In this document: positions 61,836 to 64,000 of the stretch, one piece after another
How positions within the stretch are numbered: the first letter of the stretch is position 1
Layout: each line of letters opens with the position of its first letter
DNA from: Octopus sinensis
Taxonomy: Eukaryota
Direction of reading: 5' to 3'
DNA: 64,000 nucleotides
Assembly: GCF_006345805.1 (NCBI RefSeq)
Contig: NC_043002.1
Coordinates: 45,446,001 to 45,510,000 of the forward strand
Made by a program: the position numbers and the translations under genes
Notes under the pieces: model-generated
What the model was told of the DNA's origin: nothing
What the model saw: only the letters and a program-made list of their open reading frames with translations
The model's database searches: none

Positions 61836-62110
61836 AATCTCCCCAAAAAATGGTTTCACAGAAAACTAAATCAAAGAAATCTGAAAAGAAATCAGCTACA
61901 TCTCACATACATAATTCCAAGCAACTTGAACCTAAACCTGCAGTCATGCCACCACTTGAAGATATTGGTTTCAATCTGCAAGAAAATGAAACTAATTCTG
62001 AATTGAATACCTCTGCTCTTGGAAAAGTTCTAAGGAATGATCATGAAACTGTCTCCTTCAAGAATGGAATTTGTTTATTTGTTGGTAACTTTCCATATGG
62101 TACCAGTGAG
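61836..62110 (+). CDS. RRM-protein gene exon E (linker plus LFVGNFPYGTSE, RNP2 of a second RRM); gene continues beyond the window
   Basis: TTTATTTCTAG| with phase 1 matching exon D, donor GAG|GTAAAG, 275 nt open frame. Confidence 0.85.
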
Positions 62111-62932
62111 GTAAAGTTTTATTTTAGGTTACTAAAATATTAAGAGATACATTTTATATTTATTCATTCATTTGTTTAGCATCCATTTTCCCATACCATC
62201 TTGGGCTGGCTAGGGGCCTTATATGTGCTAGCAGTTTACTGCCTGATGCCCTTAACTGTTTTATAAGTCAGGGTTGTTTTATTCCAAAGGTTTTCAAAAG
62301 TGCAGAGTGACTGGTCATATTTTTTTCATGCCAAGTAAACACATCCACTGTATATTTGTCTTCACTCATTTATCACTGTTCTTATTTTATCTTATGTCCA
62401 TTGTCTGGAAATCTTTCGTCACACATCTGTGACCTCTTCAGCAACTCTTCCATCCATGTGTATCCTCCTGTTTTGTTTAGTCCATTGTGTCTTTCTGTTA
62501 AATTCATTCTGATCAAAAAACAGAACGGACTAAGCAGAACAGGAGGAAAAAAATGTGGATGGAAAAATCACTGAAGAGATCACAGATATGTAATGAAAGA
62601 TTTCCAGACAATGGACATAAGATAAAATAAGAACAATAGTAAACGAGTGAAGAACGAATATATGGTGCATGTGTTTCTTTGGCAAGGAAAAAAGGAAATA
62701 ACAATCCTGTTGTATAACAATGTTTCAACATATGAGTTCACATGAGGAATCTTGTAAAACAAATTCATAAATATTTTTTATTAATTTGAGGCTATAGTAG
62801 GAAACAGTTGCTCAAGGTGCTATGTCAAGCAACTAAACAAAGCCATTAGTTGAAAGCACAGATGTTAATCTCACACCATGATTACACCAATGAGTTTCAT
62901 AGAATTAAATATTTATACAAACTATCACAAAC

Positions 62933-63607
62933 CTAGGCATGGCTGTGTAAATTTTGTGAGTGGATTTGGTAGATGGAAACTGAAAGAAGCCTGTTGTGTA
63001 TAATATATATATGTGTGTGTGTGTCTTTATGTTTGTTCTCCACCACTTCTTGACAACCGATGTTGGTGAGTTGGCATCTCCGTAACTTAACAGTTCGGCA
63101 TGAGCCTGATGGAATAACTAACAGGCTTTAAAAAAAAGAAAGTACTGCAGTCAATTCATTTGACTAAAATCTCTTGAAGGTGGTGCCCCAGCATGGCCAT
63201 AGCCTAATGACTGAAACAAGCAAAAAATATTTTTGCAGAAAATTAATTTATTTACTGTATCAGATATGTAATTATTGTTGTAAGCTTTACTCGTTTACTT
63301 ATTTCAGTCATTTGACTGCGGCCATGCTGGAGCATGGACTTATTCTTTGTAAGCCTAGTACTTATTCTATTGATCTCTTTTGCCGAACTGCTAAGTTACA
63401 GAGATGTAAACACACCAATATCAGTTGTCAAGCAATGTTGGGAGGGCAAACACACACACACATATATATGATGGGCTTCTTTCAGTTTCTGTCTACCAAA
63501 TCCACTCACAAGGCTTTGGTCAAACCAAGACACTTCTACTATAGTGGGACTGAACCTGGAACCATGTGGTTGGTAAGCAAGCTACTTACCACACAGCCAC
63601 TCCCGCA
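62933..63607. mobile_element. Two CORE-like SINE type a copies tail-to-tail (+ 62933-63220, - 63286-63607)
   Basis: Inverted pair of the type a consensus. Confidence 0.8.
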
Positions 63608-64000
63608 CCTATTATTGAACATGTCATTACCGAATAATAAATACTAAATAGAGAACATGTGACCTTGATTACACAAAGCTGAAATGACCCACTAAGGTCA
63701 AAACATGATAATCTGGTCATCAAGCCCACATTCTCTTTCATTTAGTATTGTGTATTTTGTGACTATTGCTACATGCGTATTAATGTATGAACTTTGCAGA
63801 ATGACTTGATGGAACTTTTTCACCCAGTCAACCCTCTGTTTGCACTTGTTAAGAATAGTGATAACAAGAAATATAGGTAAGATATATCTTCCATTTTTTT
63901 TGTCTTTTACTTGTTTCGGTCATTAGACTGTGTCCATGCTGGGGCATCACCTTGAAGAATTTTTAGTCGAATGAATCGCTCCCCAGTACTTATTTTTTGT

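Overview
AT-rich, repeat-dense animal genomic DNA. The repeat repertoire suggests a coleoid cephalopod, probably Octopus (inference). Two divergently oriented spliced genes can be rebuilt by hand. (1) Minus strand: the 5' half of CPSF1 (CPSF160), 19 coding exons from ATG 35245 to the window start, 739 codons, all GT-AG with consistent phases. (2) Plus strand: five exons (50643-62110) of an RRM protein resembling TDRD10, with one complete RRM and the start of a second. Introns hold an RTE-clade LINE family (a 2.8 kb 5'-truncated copy with an almost intact RT ORF, a decayed inverted copy and about 25 3'-end fragments), other LINE fossils, several tRNA-derived SINE families, piggyBac-, hAT- and Helitron-type non-autonomous elements, a Tc1/mariner fossil and microsatellites. 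Most notable: a C4HC3 PHD finger inside the LINE RT protein; expanding arrays of double stem-loop units in the LINE 3' UTR; two minimal Penelope-type hammerhead ribozyme motifs on the CPSF1 sense strand; and inverted LINE copies bracketing CPSF1 exons, including an in-frame 81-nt exon. Exon coordinates were checked base by base. Repeat boundaries are approximate (about +/-10-30 nt). Family names come from recalled motifs, not database searches.
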